From NCBI GenBank assembly GCA_963796955.1, contig CAWCNJ010000006.1, positions 32,001 through 96,000 on the forward strand: a stretch of 64,000 nt of DNA. Reading direction: 5' to 3'. Under the pieces are notes generated by a model. The model saw only the letters and a program-made list of their open reading frames with translations. It searched no databases and was not told the DNA's origin. This document shows, piece by piece, positions 1 to 9,811 of this stretch. How positions within the stretch are numbered: the stretch's first letter is position 1; each line of letters opens with the position of its first letter. The translations under genes were made by a program, and so were the position numbers. This stretch comes from Endomicrobiales bacterium. Its GTDB lineage: Bacteria > Elusimicrobiota > Endomicrobiia > Endomicrobiales > JALOBY01.

Positions 1-2
1 AG

Positions 3-3000
3 CACGGGGTTTTGGTTAAAACCTCCAGGATAGGCAACGATTACCGCTTGGTCACCAATTGGTACCCTCAGTTAGATGAAAGAGCAAGAAAGCTCAGCCC
101 CTATCTGCTCGACACAGATGAAGCCGTTAAACAGGCCGGGTATACCTATTACGGATCAAAGGATCCTGAGTCTGCTAATCAGCAGCTCACCTTTCCCGAG
201 ACCGAAGAACAGGTGCAGAAAGACAGGGGCATTTCACCGCAAGACTGGAAAAATAAAACGCCTCCCCTGGAACGCAACCGCCTGGTCAGCGTTCACGAAC
301 TTCCGGATTTCGCCGCGGTGGTAACAGAAGAAGATAAGATCGCCCTGGTTAACCGCCACAAGCGCCCTGAAGTCGCGGGCAAGCTTTTAAGGGGCGTGAA
401 CCTGGTGATGCATTGCGCCGACGCGGCCGTACAGATCGCCGAACCCTTATCTCTGAACGACGCGATAATCGCGATCTCTATGAACGTGGTAGAGAACATA
501 CGCGATTCCAAACCAAAGTGGGGCGTCAGATTATCGCGGCATATGCTGCAAGACGCCCTGTGGAAAACCATCCGCGAAAACCCCGAACGCACCTTCACCC
601 CGCGGGAACTCGGTATACTAGCCGCCCACATCGCCTGGAACATGACCCACCCTGATGCGAAGCTGACGCTGCAAGGGGAAAACCCTGGTCCCGACAGCCC
701 GCGGACTATACAGGCGATCGAGGCTTTACGGGAGCAGTACCTTACCGCTTACAATAACGAGTACTTTATCGAAGCCGAATTCCTTATGGTGAAAATACTT
801 GAGAAAATACAGGCTCTGAAAGACCGCGAAACCTATCTGCGCGGCCTGGTGCCATTGCCCTCCGTGGAGGCGGAAGTTTCAACTACCAAGGGCTGGGGCG
901 AGGCTGCAGTCAAAGAGTTTACTGCGAAGGGTATCCTGGTCCCTACCGGGAATGATGAGTACTCCGTTGTCGTGGATTGGCCGAAGGGCGAGGTAGTTTT
1001 AAAAGGACAGGGTAAAACCCAGGCGCTTCACCGCGCGGCGGTAGCATACACACATGAGATGACGCGGCTTGGTCTCTGCGGCCTGGGTGAAGATGGCTAT
1101 CTTAAGGTGCCCAAAGGTCTTAAGGAATTTCTGGAATGGCTGCAGGCGGTGCAGGCCGACGGGAAAACAGGCGGATCGCGCGGCGGCCCGGCGAACACTC
1201 AGTTGAATTTGCCGAGGGTAGAGGATAAGACTACCGGCGAAATAATACAGGTGGGCACTGAGCAGGAGCTGATAGATAAGCTGGGTCGGGAAACGGTTTT
1301 TGCCGCTGATGACCGTGAGATACTGCGTATGGGGGCCGTGCATGAACATGAGTCGTCTTACGAAGAAGATTTTCTTGACCGCCATTATGTAACAGACCCG
1401 AAAATACGAGCTCTGTTAAAGAACGGCATATCCCTGATGAACCGTTCCGAGATGGCAGCCCGGGATATAGTTAATTTCAACCCGCTATTTGCAATCGATT
1501 ATGAGCATATATCAAAACTTGCTATACATTTGGCTAAGTTGATAAACAAAGATGTTCCAACCAATGAGATCAAGGTCTCTGTTGATGATCTGTACCACGC
1601 AATGAAAACAACGTTTTTTGAGGACCCCTGGTTCAACCCGGACGGCAGCCAGGCAGATATATTTGCCGCCCTTGCAAGGATCGGCACCCATATCGGCTTC
1701 AACCTGCAAAACAGGCTGAATGGCCGCGCCCATGTGAAGTTGACTCTGCCGAAGACTGACAAGGTTGCCGAGGCTGCGAACGCCCTTGAAGACGCCTTCG
1801 TGCCTCTGGCGGACGTGCTGGCTATTGATAGTAATGTAGACGCGCACCCTGCCGATTTTTCTCTCCTCGTTGGTAATCCGGATATGCAGTCGTATATTGT
1901 CTTCGCGCAAAAGTGGCTGGAGCGGGCAAAGAAGGGCCACCGTTCCCGCATCTTGATCTCGGGCGGGCGCGGCAGCGGTACGTTGCCGCTTATCGCGAGT
2001 GCACGCCGGTATTTGCCGCCTAAAATTCTTGCCAAAGTCGAACAAATGCTTACTGCCGCAGAAACTGACGAAGGCGTCAAAGAAGCCGATATCACGTATC
2101 AAGTTCTCGTTGCAATGGGACTACCAGAAGAAAAAGAGTTCATGCGGCTAGAGCGGGAATCTCTTACTACCGGTGAGGTCTTAAAAAATAGCAAAAACAT
2201 TCTTGTTGATTGGGCGGCAGAATCAAAAATTAGTGACCCATCAATAGGCATCGTGTGCACCGGTGCCAGAGAGGCCCGCGCCTGGGCAACCGCCCATGCC
2301 GAATGGGCGGACCTGATAAATTCAAGGGGCTGGCGCATTCTTGCCGACCCTTCAAAAACAGTAACAAAAGATTCTTTGCACCAGCTTACTCCCCAGGAGT
2401 TGGCAATGGTCTGTAAAGACATCGTCGGCATCCCCGAAGCCGCCGCAAAACAATTGACCTTGAATATAACCAGCGAAGTCGATGGCCTGAACCCCGCGAA
2501 CAACGATAACCTTGAAAAAATAAGGACGCTCGCTGACGGCGGCAGAGATAACTGGAAACGCGTTTTTGAAAAAACGCAGTCCGTGCGCACCGAAGCTGCC
2601 CCATTGCTCGCCACCGCCCGCCAGGCCCTGAACACTTTAATGACCGCCCTGGGAGATAGAGTAACCTACGCACAAGACCCCAACAATAAAACCACCTGCA
2701 CGATAACCATAACTGATGAGAACGCGGGATCGCAATTGACTATCCCTGAAGCCGCCGGCAGGCCTGGCACCATTGGGGAGATAAAGGCTGAGGAAGTTGA
2801 AAGCCGGAAAGAAGAGCAGGGATTCGACGTGGAAAAATGGTGGACAGGGCTTGGTGAGAACGAGCAAAAGCGGCTTATCGGCGAGCATGAGAAAGCCTAT
2901 TTTGACTGGGTTCATGCGCAGAAAGGGAATGAGGATGACTATAAGATCGCCAGAGAAGCGCTAGTGGATCTGCACAATCCCACGGAAAAAGCTCGCCCGG

Positions 3001-6000
3001 TTTTGCGCGAAGGGATAGATTTTGTAACAGACTCGATGGACGAGGTTAAGCGGGTAACGGTAAACATCCTGAAATTTGATATCGATACCGTCGCCCTGAA
3101 TATCTATCGAAGGCTTCAGGCGACCAACCCAGATCCGAAAGCGAAACTGGAATTGAAAGAAATCGCCGATCTGATGAGAAAGAGCTACGCCGAAGCAGCA
3201 AAGAAGGGCATCCAGCTTTCAATAAAAGACCTTGCCAATATCGCCGCCCACGCCGCCTGGAACCTGACCCACTTTGATGCGCAGTTAACGTTTGGGCCGT
3301 CAATGTCTCCTACGGTAGAAGTCAAATTGCCGGTTTTAGGCGATATGTTCGTGCCGCCGGGTGAGTTACAACCTGTCACAATAGAGGCTGTGGGCGAAAC
3401 CACCGTGAACGGCGACCGCGTGGTGCGCAACCTGCGCTATAACGATGATTGGCATATGGTCGTTTTCAAATTCAAGAGCGGTAAATTTGTGCCGGAAGCT
3501 ATCCTTGAAGTTCCCGATAACGCCGGCAGGTATTCTCTTAACGGCACCAGGCTTGCCATGCAGGTGCCTTACCTGGAAAAGTGGAAGATAGGTATTTTTA
3601 ATGCGGTGAATGGCCGTTATGTGCAGGAGGCGGAACTCCCTGAAATAGGTATGAGCTTTATCACGCCGGACGGCTCAAGCGCCAAGATACAAAATTCCGA
3701 TGAGATCATTCTGAGCGGTGACCGCCTTGCCTGCAGGCTGTTGTATAACGGCAAATGGCATACGGTCGTATTTGAACAGGATGTGCCGGGCATCTGGACC
3801 GCGACAGCGGAACTGCGTGACGAAGGCGCCCCCGCGACAGACATCTATCCTCAGGCGGAGGCAGTTGAACTGCTGGCCTTCAACGGCGATCTTATGATAC
3901 GCAAGGTTACCGGCAAGATCGATTCCAAGCGGATGGTCCAATACATCGTATCCCGGCGCGATCCGAAAGGCGGGTGGCACGACGTTTCACTGCTCCCGGG
4001 CCCGAGAGCCGGCCTTAAGCTGGGTGGCGAGCTGAAGACAGTAGACTCAATAACAACAGATTTTGTGCCGATGGACGGCAACCGTTTCGCCGCGACCGTG
4101 CGCTACGATGATAGTTTTCATACGGTGGTTTTTGAGTTCGATTCGCACGGCCGCCATAGAGCGATCGCTGCCTTCCCTGACTTCGGCGCGCAAGCCGTTG
4201 TTTACGGCCGCGAATTGCCTGTGCCCGTCATGATAGAAGGTATTGCCGGCATGTTCTTCAGCGGCGACAACCTGGTACGGAGTATGAAGTATAAGAACCG
4301 CTACCACATGGCCTACAACATGCTTCCTGCGCCGGTCGAAGCCCCTTCAGCGGCGGCCAATCCCTCGTACAGGGTATTACTTAATAGCCTTGTCGCCATT
4401 TTCGGTCTGGGTTTATTAAATTCCGCCTGCCAGTTGGCCGGGCACCATACTGCGGTCATAGCTAGTCCTGTCATGCTAGTAATAATAATTTTGGTCCTGG
4501 AAGAGCTCAAGCATTCCAGACACAGAAGAGAAGCAGACAGGTTGGCGAATGAAACAATGGATGACGTTGCCAGAAGGATAAATACAAAACCCGGATTTGC
4601 GGAAGCGCCCGGCGAAGGCAATGGCAGCATAGAAGTTATCAATGGTAAGAAGAAAGTCGCCCCGACGCCGGAAGAGTTAAGCGCTATTGTTGACAAACTC
4701 TCAGGCGCCAAAAACAAAATACTCTTTAAAGGTATCGGCAACAAAGATGGATCAAAATTGCCTTCGCTCCGCCTGGACGGCACCGTGGACGCGATAATAC
4801 GGCAGCAGGGCGAACGGATCTGGAATTCGTTGTCGGATGGGGATGAAAGCACGGTCTGGGCTCACATGGATAGTTTGCATCGCCTCGCCAAAATAAAAGA
4901 AGCACGCGCGGGCCGCCAGGTGCAAGTCAGCGCCGATGACGCAAAAATAGCTTTGGGCAGGGGCTTTTGGAAACGCCTGGATTCCGATCCCTGGGAACAG
5001 GAGAGGCTGGTCGCCGTTCATGAGAACCCCGTGGTGCTGAGTCCAAAATTTGTCAGCTGGCATAAGGAAACGAACCCGGGTTACGAAGCGGAGCTTTATA
5101 AAGGCTGGGGAAGAATTAAAGAGATCGCGCAATTTGCCGAACGGTTCGCCGAGGCCGATTTTGAGGACGCCATTGCTGAGATCGCCGCCGAAATAGCCCA
5201 AAAAGTACTGCCGGAAGAATACCGGGCCGACCTCGAAAAAAGCTTTGTAAATAATATCATCCGGATAATTACTACAACAAAAGGAGAGGGAAAAATAACC
5301 GCCCTCCCCGCCCTGGCTACCATGGCCGCCCACGCCGCCCAAAACCGCGCCTGGCAACTAACCGGCCGCCCCGACCTGAGGCTGACGCTGGGTGAAAATG
5401 ATCAATATAATAGCAATCCAGAAGCCAAAGGTAACGCTGTTGGATCAGATACCGCAGAATCTCCGGTGACTGATGTTAATCATTTAAATACATCCCCTAC
5501 TTCCCGTGTCACTGTCGAGCTTTTCGATACCGGGTTGGATCAGCAGGAATTCTCACAGTTCTTTAATGAGGATCCTGCCGTAGCTACTATGTTTAAAACA
5601 CAATTTAATCTGGGCAGAGAAGATGTGGCGACGGTGAATGTACGCTCATATTCCACGGTCGGCCAGCAACGAGAGGTTTTCCTGGTAACGCTGGCCCCCA
5701 AGAAAGAGCCGGAGCGCCGCTATCAATTCATCATGAAGAGGTCGCGCCTGCCATACGCGGGCAATCAGTTCCTGATAGCGCATGAAACGCTTACGAAAGT
5801 CGTTAACCGCAAATTAGGAAACGACTTTGTGCACCTATTCGATGTGGGCGGTCATATAGTTACCACCGGTCCATTACAGCAGGGTATCGTATTTACAAAT
5901 TGCAAGGAAGACCGCAAGGCACAGGCCGCGGTGGTAAGGGAATCTGTCTCCATCTGGCACCAGCTCGGCGGATATTTCATCTACGATATTCATCATCATC

Positions 6001-9000
6001 AGTACCTGGTAGATTATGATCAAAACCATGATAACCCGCAGGCACATCTGGTGGACAAGGGCCATTTCAGGTTGCAGGAAGGCGTGGAGCTAAATTTCCA
6101 GAATATGGGCGGCGAGCTTGAGCCCCGCGCAGGTGACAAAGACCTGTCGGTACTGGGCGGCTGGCTGCAGCCGGTTTCAGAATACAACTTGCTTTTCAGT
6201 TTGCGGGACGGCTTGAATGCCACACCGCCAACAAAGCAGAAAACGAGCGCGTACGTCGATCCCGATATGGAAATGATGGCATTGTACCAACCGTTCGTCT
6301 TTAACGATCAGGCGCTGATACAGGGGATCGTGGAAGCATTGGGGAACGAAAAAGCTGTCGATTTCTTTAAGGCTGTATTAAAAGAAAATGACGTACGCCC
6401 CTCGCGCAACAAAACAGTTCAAGAACTTATGGGTGTCGTCGCACAAAAATACCCTGAGCTGTTCAAGAAGTTGAAGAAACCGGAGGTGTCCTCGATTAAT
6501 GCCAACAGCGAGGAGATGAGTGCGAGTCCTTCTGAAGGTTTGCCTAATACCGGCACAGTTTATCGCCTGTTGGAGGGCAAAGAACATAAGGAAATAGTGA
6601 ACGAACTGTCCAAAAACACTTTCTTTCACCGTGCGTACAATGTCCTTATTGGTGTCCGTAGCGATCTGGATGATCTGGGTAGAGATATGGCGGATGAAGA
6701 TACGGTATACATTGCTAAAAAATTCGAAATGATCTTTGCAAACTACAAAGATCCGGATTTCGTTGAAAAAAACAGCGAGGAACTGAGCAAATACCTTGGC
6801 CAGGTGCAGGGTACACTTAGAAAGGAAATGGGGATGAAAGACGCCTACGAAAAGGATCCAAGGGTTTTGGTGAACCTGTTGGCTCCGCTTTGCATGCATG
6901 AAACTCCGGTCATTGACCATGGTGATGTTGGTTTTATAGTGGCGCTCTCTGAGCGGTTTAACTTTATGCCAGACCAAGTGGCAGAGCAGGCTTCTCTGTT
7001 TGAAAGCAGGAAAGAAAATTCGTTTGCAAAATGTGTTCTTGCCCTCTTTGCGATCGCCCAGGCGCAAGCCGGCATGCGCGAGCCTGGCTCGGCGCGCAAG
7101 TTGATCGGTACTGAGCTCGGCGCCACAGCCATCCAGGCGCTGGATGCGAACCCCGCATTGCTGGCGGCGGAAGCTGTATCTCCGGTTAAAGCTGCCGAGA
7201 ATAGCCTGCCACTGGTGCTTAATGTGGTGAAGACTACAGCGCTGGCGGTGCAGAATGAAATTGATGTGCGTAATCCTGCGGCGCAGATACTGGGGCCGCT
7301 GGCGCAACAGGGGATGGTGTTGTTGGCGACGAAGGATACGATCGAAAAAATGCGGGGGCTTGCGGAGAAGCTGGCGGCTCTGGGTGTTCATGTTACGCTT
7401 ATTACCACGGCGGAAGCGGGCGCTGGTATGGCGCGGGCTGGCTGGCAGGCGGGGGCGGCGCAGCCGTTGTTTGCCGGCGGGCGGTTGACGGCGGGGGTGA
7501 ATACGATATATAAGGGAATTAAATTTTCGCGCACTGAGTACCACAAAGATGGCTCTGCGCCACTGGCGATAATGACGGTTGCCTCGCTGGACCAAAGGCC
7601 GTTGGTATTTGAGGGCGAGGGTGAAGATAGCGACAAAGCCCTGGCTGAAAGAGCGGCTGCTGATGCCGAACTGCTTACGCTTGCAGCCAAAGCGGTTGCC
7701 GACGAAACCGTTGAGGGTGGTGTGCTGGAACGTCCGTTCGGCAATAGAAAGATGTGGGGCCTGGTAGCCGATGGAACGCCTGCTCTTGAAAGTTCTATTG
7801 ATGCCGTTAGTCATTCACTAATGGCTAACTATCAGATAGATAATTGGCGTGATGGCGATGAAGTAAAGAGACTTCTTGAACAGATGGTCCTTGGCTTCAA
7901 ATCTCAAAAGAAGCTTCTAGAGGAATTTCCTCTTGTTAGCTATGAACGACAATCCCGCCAGGTGTTTATGAGTTCGTCCGTTCGGGTTTGCACGGCAAGT
8001 TTGCCCGGCAAGAACCGCACCGGGCGTAATGCGGATAAAGTTGAGTTCGCCAGATGGGCCGCAGGCAAAGGCGCGAATATGCTGTTGTGCAACGACCGCC
8101 TGCCGGGTAGCGAAGACCCGTTCTCCGTAGACGTATTAACCGTTGATCTTGATCGTTTGGTAGACCGTCTGTTTAATGAAGGTGTAATAAGCCGTGATAA
8201 ACGCAGCGATCTGCTGCAAGACCTTAACCCGCTTAGCACTGATGTGACGGACCGGATAAACCTGGCCGACCAAAAGATACTGCGCAAGTGCATGAACACC
8301 GTTGCAGGCGAATTGGCTGTTCTCTGTCGTGAGAAGGGTATAAAGGTGGGAGCTGCCGTGCAGGCAGACGGAGAAAAATTGATCCTGGCGCTCAGCCGCC
8401 AGCAAACACGACAGGCGGCAGCCGCGATGCTGACACCTCATATCGAACTTTCCGGCGTTATATATGGCCAGGATCTCGGCGTTATCGCTAAAGGGCACGT
8501 GCCGGAGCTGATAGAACTGCTTAAAGAAGTTCCTGCCGTAAGCTTTAATTCAAGCGCCTTGAGCTCTGAAGAAGCAGCGGAATTGTTTTCCGCAATCGCC
8601 GATGCCAGGGCCATCGCTATCCGGGCAGGCGACCGCGGCCTGAAAGAAAAAATTATCATTACCGAAACCTCTCCCCAGAATGCTCTGATCGCCGCCCGCT
8701 TCGGCATACGGGCGCACGTTAATGCAGCTAAGGCAGGCGGCGCCGACAACCTTATCTCACAGGCCAATGCCGCCATAATAGTTGATAACGAAGATGATGC
8801 CAGGATGGTCGTTAAAAAAGGTTTCTCGCAGTTGGTAGCAGCCTTCAAAGGTTTTAACGATGATGACGGCAGCCTTAACCGCCTGTCTGACGCGACCAAT
8901 AAAAATGAGCAGGGTTTGCTGGCCATCCTGAAGGCGGCAATGCCGGGATCCCACAGAGAAATTGTGACGCCTGAAGGTAGGTTTAACGCCGGTATAAACG

Positions 9001-9734
9001 AAGGTAATGCATATGGAAACCATATGTTCGGTTACAAGGAAGGCGCTGCCTTGTGCCTTGGCCTGCCGGGTTTTGCAGAGGCAATAAAACATCTTAAGGG
9101 TGTTCTTGCCAACGCTAATTCAACCAGGGAAGACGTTGATAAAGCGCTTGATGCGCTTGAAACCATTATGGCCAGCGCTCTAACAGACGAGGAATCGGAC
9201 AACAAGAGCGATAAGCGCCGGATGCTGAGCAGATTATACGCAGGCATCAAGGCAAGCCGCGCAGTTGCCGCCAACGATGATCATCGCCTGCTTGGTTTCC
9301 AGGTGTATGGTGTCCTTACCTCATTTGTCGGCATTGCGATGCTGGTTGGTCTTGATGAAGGCATTGTGAAAAGTGATATTGATTCCACTGGTCTTATACC
9401 GATAACTCATTTGATGACAGAAGTTTATATCAATGGCCTTACGCCGGAAAAACTGAAAACTGATGTCGCAGCGGTCTCCCCCCGGGCACAAGGTTTGCGC
9501 GCTTTACTGGATAGCACCGCCAATGCCGCCACCGTCACCGCAAGCATTTCATATCAATTCGAACGCCCAACAATAACCATCGGCGATGACCCGCCGCGCG
9601 ATTACCTTACCCTAGCCGCCCGCGCCATGCTGGTTCTGCTTAAAGACAGCGACAGAACCGACCCCAAAGAAGTGCTCGGCTCGGCCACACAGGCCGACGT
9701 TGATCTCTTCGCCGAAGTCCTGCGCGCCGGATAA
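3..9734 (+). CDS. Giant multidomain protein (>=3240 aa), probably 5'-truncated by the window edge; repeated scaffold modules with DUF218-like, beta-repeat, transmembrane, kinase-like and degenerate carbohydrate-enzyme-like regions
   Basis: Uninterrupted 9.7 kb ORF. The frame is open from position 3, upstream of the TTG at 12. Internal repeats (RLxxxHE ... AAHxAxN ... LTL), SGGRG...E...ERESLTT motif and two hydrophobic segments near 4365-4510. Confidence 0.85.
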   Translation, partial: HGVLVKTSRIGNDYRLVTNWYPQLDERARKLSPYLLDTDEAVKQAGYTYYGSKDPESANQQLTFPETEEQVQKDRGISPQDWKNKTPPLERNRLVSVHELPDFAAVVTEEDKIALVNRHKRPEVAGKLLRGVNLVMHCADAAVQIAEPLSLNDAIIAISMNVVENIRDSKPKWGVRLSRHMLQDALWKTIRENPERTFTPRELGILAAHIAWNMTHPDAKLTLQGENPGPDSPRTIQAIEALREQYLTAYNNEYFIEAEFLMVKILEKIQALKDRETYLRGLVPLPSVEAEVSTTKGWGEAAVKEFTAKGILVPTGNDEYSVVVDWPKGEVVLKGQGKTQALHRAAVAYTHEMTRLGLCGLGEDGYLKVPKGLKEFLEWLQAVQADGKTGGSRGGPANTQLNLPRVEDKTTGEIIQVGTEQELIDKLGRETVFAADDREILRMGAVHEHESSYEEDFLDRHYVTDPKIRALLKNGISLMNRSEMAARDIVNFNPLFAIDYEHISKLAIHLAKLINKDVPTNEIKVSVDDLYHAMKTTFFEDPWFNPDGSQADIFAALARIGTHIGFNLQNRLNGRAHVKLTLPKTDKVAEAANALEDAFVPLADVLAIDSNVDAHPADFSLLVGNPDMQSYIVFAQKWLERAKKGHRSRILISGGRGSGTLPLIASARRYLPPKILAKVEQMLTAAETDEGVKEADITYQVLVAMGLPEEKEFMRLERESLTTGEVLKNSKNILVDWAAESKISDPSIGIVCTGAREARAWATAHAEWADLINSRGWRILADPSKTVTKDSLHQLTPQELAMVCKDIVGIPEAAAKQLTLNITSEVDGLNPANNDNLEKIRTLADGGRDNWKRVFEKTQSVRTEAAPLLATARQALNTLMTALGDRVTYAQDPNNKTTCTITITDENAGSQLTIPEAAGRPGTIGEIKAEEVESRKEEQGFDVEKWWTGLGENEQKRLIGEHEKAYFDWVHAQKGNEDDYKIAREALVDLHNPTEKARPVLREGIDFVTDSMDEVKRVTVNILKFDIDTVALNIYRRLQATNPDPKAKLELKEIADLMRKSYAEAAKKGIQLSIKDLANIAAHAAWNLTHFDAQLTFGPSMSPTVEVKLPVLGDMFVPPGELQPVTIEAVGETTVNGDRVVRNLRYNDDWHMVVFKFKSGKFVPEAILEVPDNAGRYSLNGTRLAMQVPYLEKWKIGIFNAVNGRYVQEAELPEIGMSFITPDGSSAKIQNSDEIILSGDRLACRLLYNGKWHTVVFEQDVPGIWTATAELRDEGAPATDIYPQAEAVELLAFNGDLMIRKVTGKIDSKRMVQYIVSRRDPKGGWHDVSLLPGPRAGLKLGGELKTVDSITTDFVPMDGNRFAATVRYDDSFHTVVFEFDSHGRHRAIAAFPDFGAQAVVYGRELPVPVMIEGIAGMFFSGDNLVRSMKYKNRYHMAYNMLPAPVEAPSAAANPSYRVLLNSLVAIFGLGLLNSACQLAGHHTAVIASPVMLVIIILVLEELKHSRHRREADRLANETMDDVARRINTKPGFAEAPGEGNGSIEVINGKKKVAPTPEELSAIVDKLSGAKNKILFKGIGNKDGSKLPSLRLDGTVDAIIRQQGERIWNSLSDGDESTVWAHMDSLHRLAKIKEARAGRQVQVSADDAKIALGRGFWKRLDSDPWEQERLVAVHENPVVLSPKFVSWHKETNPGYEAELYKGWGRIKEIAQFAERFAEADFEDAIAEIAAEIAQKVLPEEYRADLEKSFVNNIIRIITTTKGEGKITALPALATMAAHAAQNRAWQLTGRPDLRLTLGENDQYNSNPEAKGNAVGSDTAESPVTDVNHLNTSPTSRVTVELFDTGLDQQEFSQFFNEDPAVATMFKTQFNLGREDVATVNVRSYSTVGQQREVFLVTLAPKKEPERRYQFIMKRSRLPYAGNQFLIAHETLTKVVNRKLGNDFVHLFDVGGHIVTTGPLQQGIVFTNCKEDRKAQAAVVRESVSIWHQLGGYFIYDIHHHQYLVDYDQNHDNPQAHLVDKGHFRLQEGVELNFQNMGGELEPRAGDKDLSVLGGWLQPVSEYNLLFSLRDGLNATPPTKQKTSAYVDPDMEMMALYQPFVFNDQALIQGIVEALGNEKAVDFFKAVLKENDVRPSRNKTVQELMGVVAQKYPELFKKLKKPEVSSINANSEEMSASPSEGLPNTGTVYRLLEGKEHKEIVNELSKNTFFHRAYNVLIGVRSDLDDLGRDMADEDTVYIAKKFEMIFANYKDPDFVEKNSEELSKYLGQVQGTLRKEMGMKDAYEKDPRVLVNLLAPLCMHETPVIDHGDVGFIVALSERFNFMPDQVAEQASLFESRKENSFAKCVLALFAIAQAQAGMREPGSARKLIGTELGATAIQALDANPALLAAEAVSPVKAAENSLPLVLNVVKTTALAVQNEIDVRNPAAQILGPLAQQGMVLLATKDTIEKMRGLAEKLAALGVHVTLITTAEAGAGMARAGWQAGAAQPLFAGGRLTAGVNTIYKGIKFSRTEYHKDGSAPLAIMTVASLDQRPLVFEGEGEDSDKALAERAAADAELLTLAAKAVADETVEGGVLERPFGNRKMWGLVADGTPALESSIDAVSHSLMANYQIDNWRDGDEVKRLLEQMVLGFKSQKKLLEEFPLVSYERQSRQVFMSSSVRVCTASLPGKNRTGRNADKVEFARWAAGKGANMLLCNDRLPGSEDPFSVDVLTVDLDRLVDRLFNEGVISRDKRSDLLQDLNPLSTDVTDRINLADQKILRKCMNTVAGELAVLCREKGIKVGAAVQADGEKLILALSRQQTRQAAAAMLTPHIELSGVIYGQDLGVIAKGHVPELIELLKEVPAVSFNSSALSSEEAAELFSAIADARAIAIRAGDRGLKEKIIITETSPQNALIAARFGIRAHVNAAKAGGADNLISQANAAIIVDNEDDARMVVKKGFSQLVAAFKGFNDDDGSLNRLSDATNKNEQGLLAILKAAMPGSHREIVTPEGRFNAGINEGNAYGNHMFGYKEGAALCLGLPGFAEAIKHLKGVLANANSTREDVDKALDALETIMASALTDEESDNKSDKRRMLSRLYAGIKASRAVAANDDHRLLGFQVYGVLTSFVGIAMLVGLDEGIVKSDIDSTGLIPITHLMTEVYINGLTPEKLKTDVAAVSPRAQGLRALLDSTANAATVTASISYQFERPTITIGDDPPRDYLTLAARAMLVLLKDSDRTDPKEVLGSATQADVDLFAEVLRAG

Positions 9735-9761
9735 TAAGACCGGGATGGGAAATAGAGGGAC

Positions 9762-9777
9762 TAGGGGACGTTGTTAA
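9762..9777 (+). repeat. Solitary partial copy of the RAYT-element terminal repeat
   Basis: TAGGGGACGTTGTTAA matches 15/16 nt of TAGGGGACGTAGTTAA at 39913-39928. Confidence 0.55.
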
Positions 9778-9811
9778 CTTAGGGTGTTATCGGATCGTCG
9801 TGCAGAGGAAG

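Noticed and set aside
6897..6902. Fifth scaffold module in the giant protein (MHETP)
   Set aside because: The HE is present but I could not find the downstream AAH...LTL motif at the expected spacing.
6378..7814. Long antisense ORF (478 aa) and many other shadow ORFs
   Set aside because: They lie opposite well-supported genes, have no recognisable motifs and are expected from codon bias.
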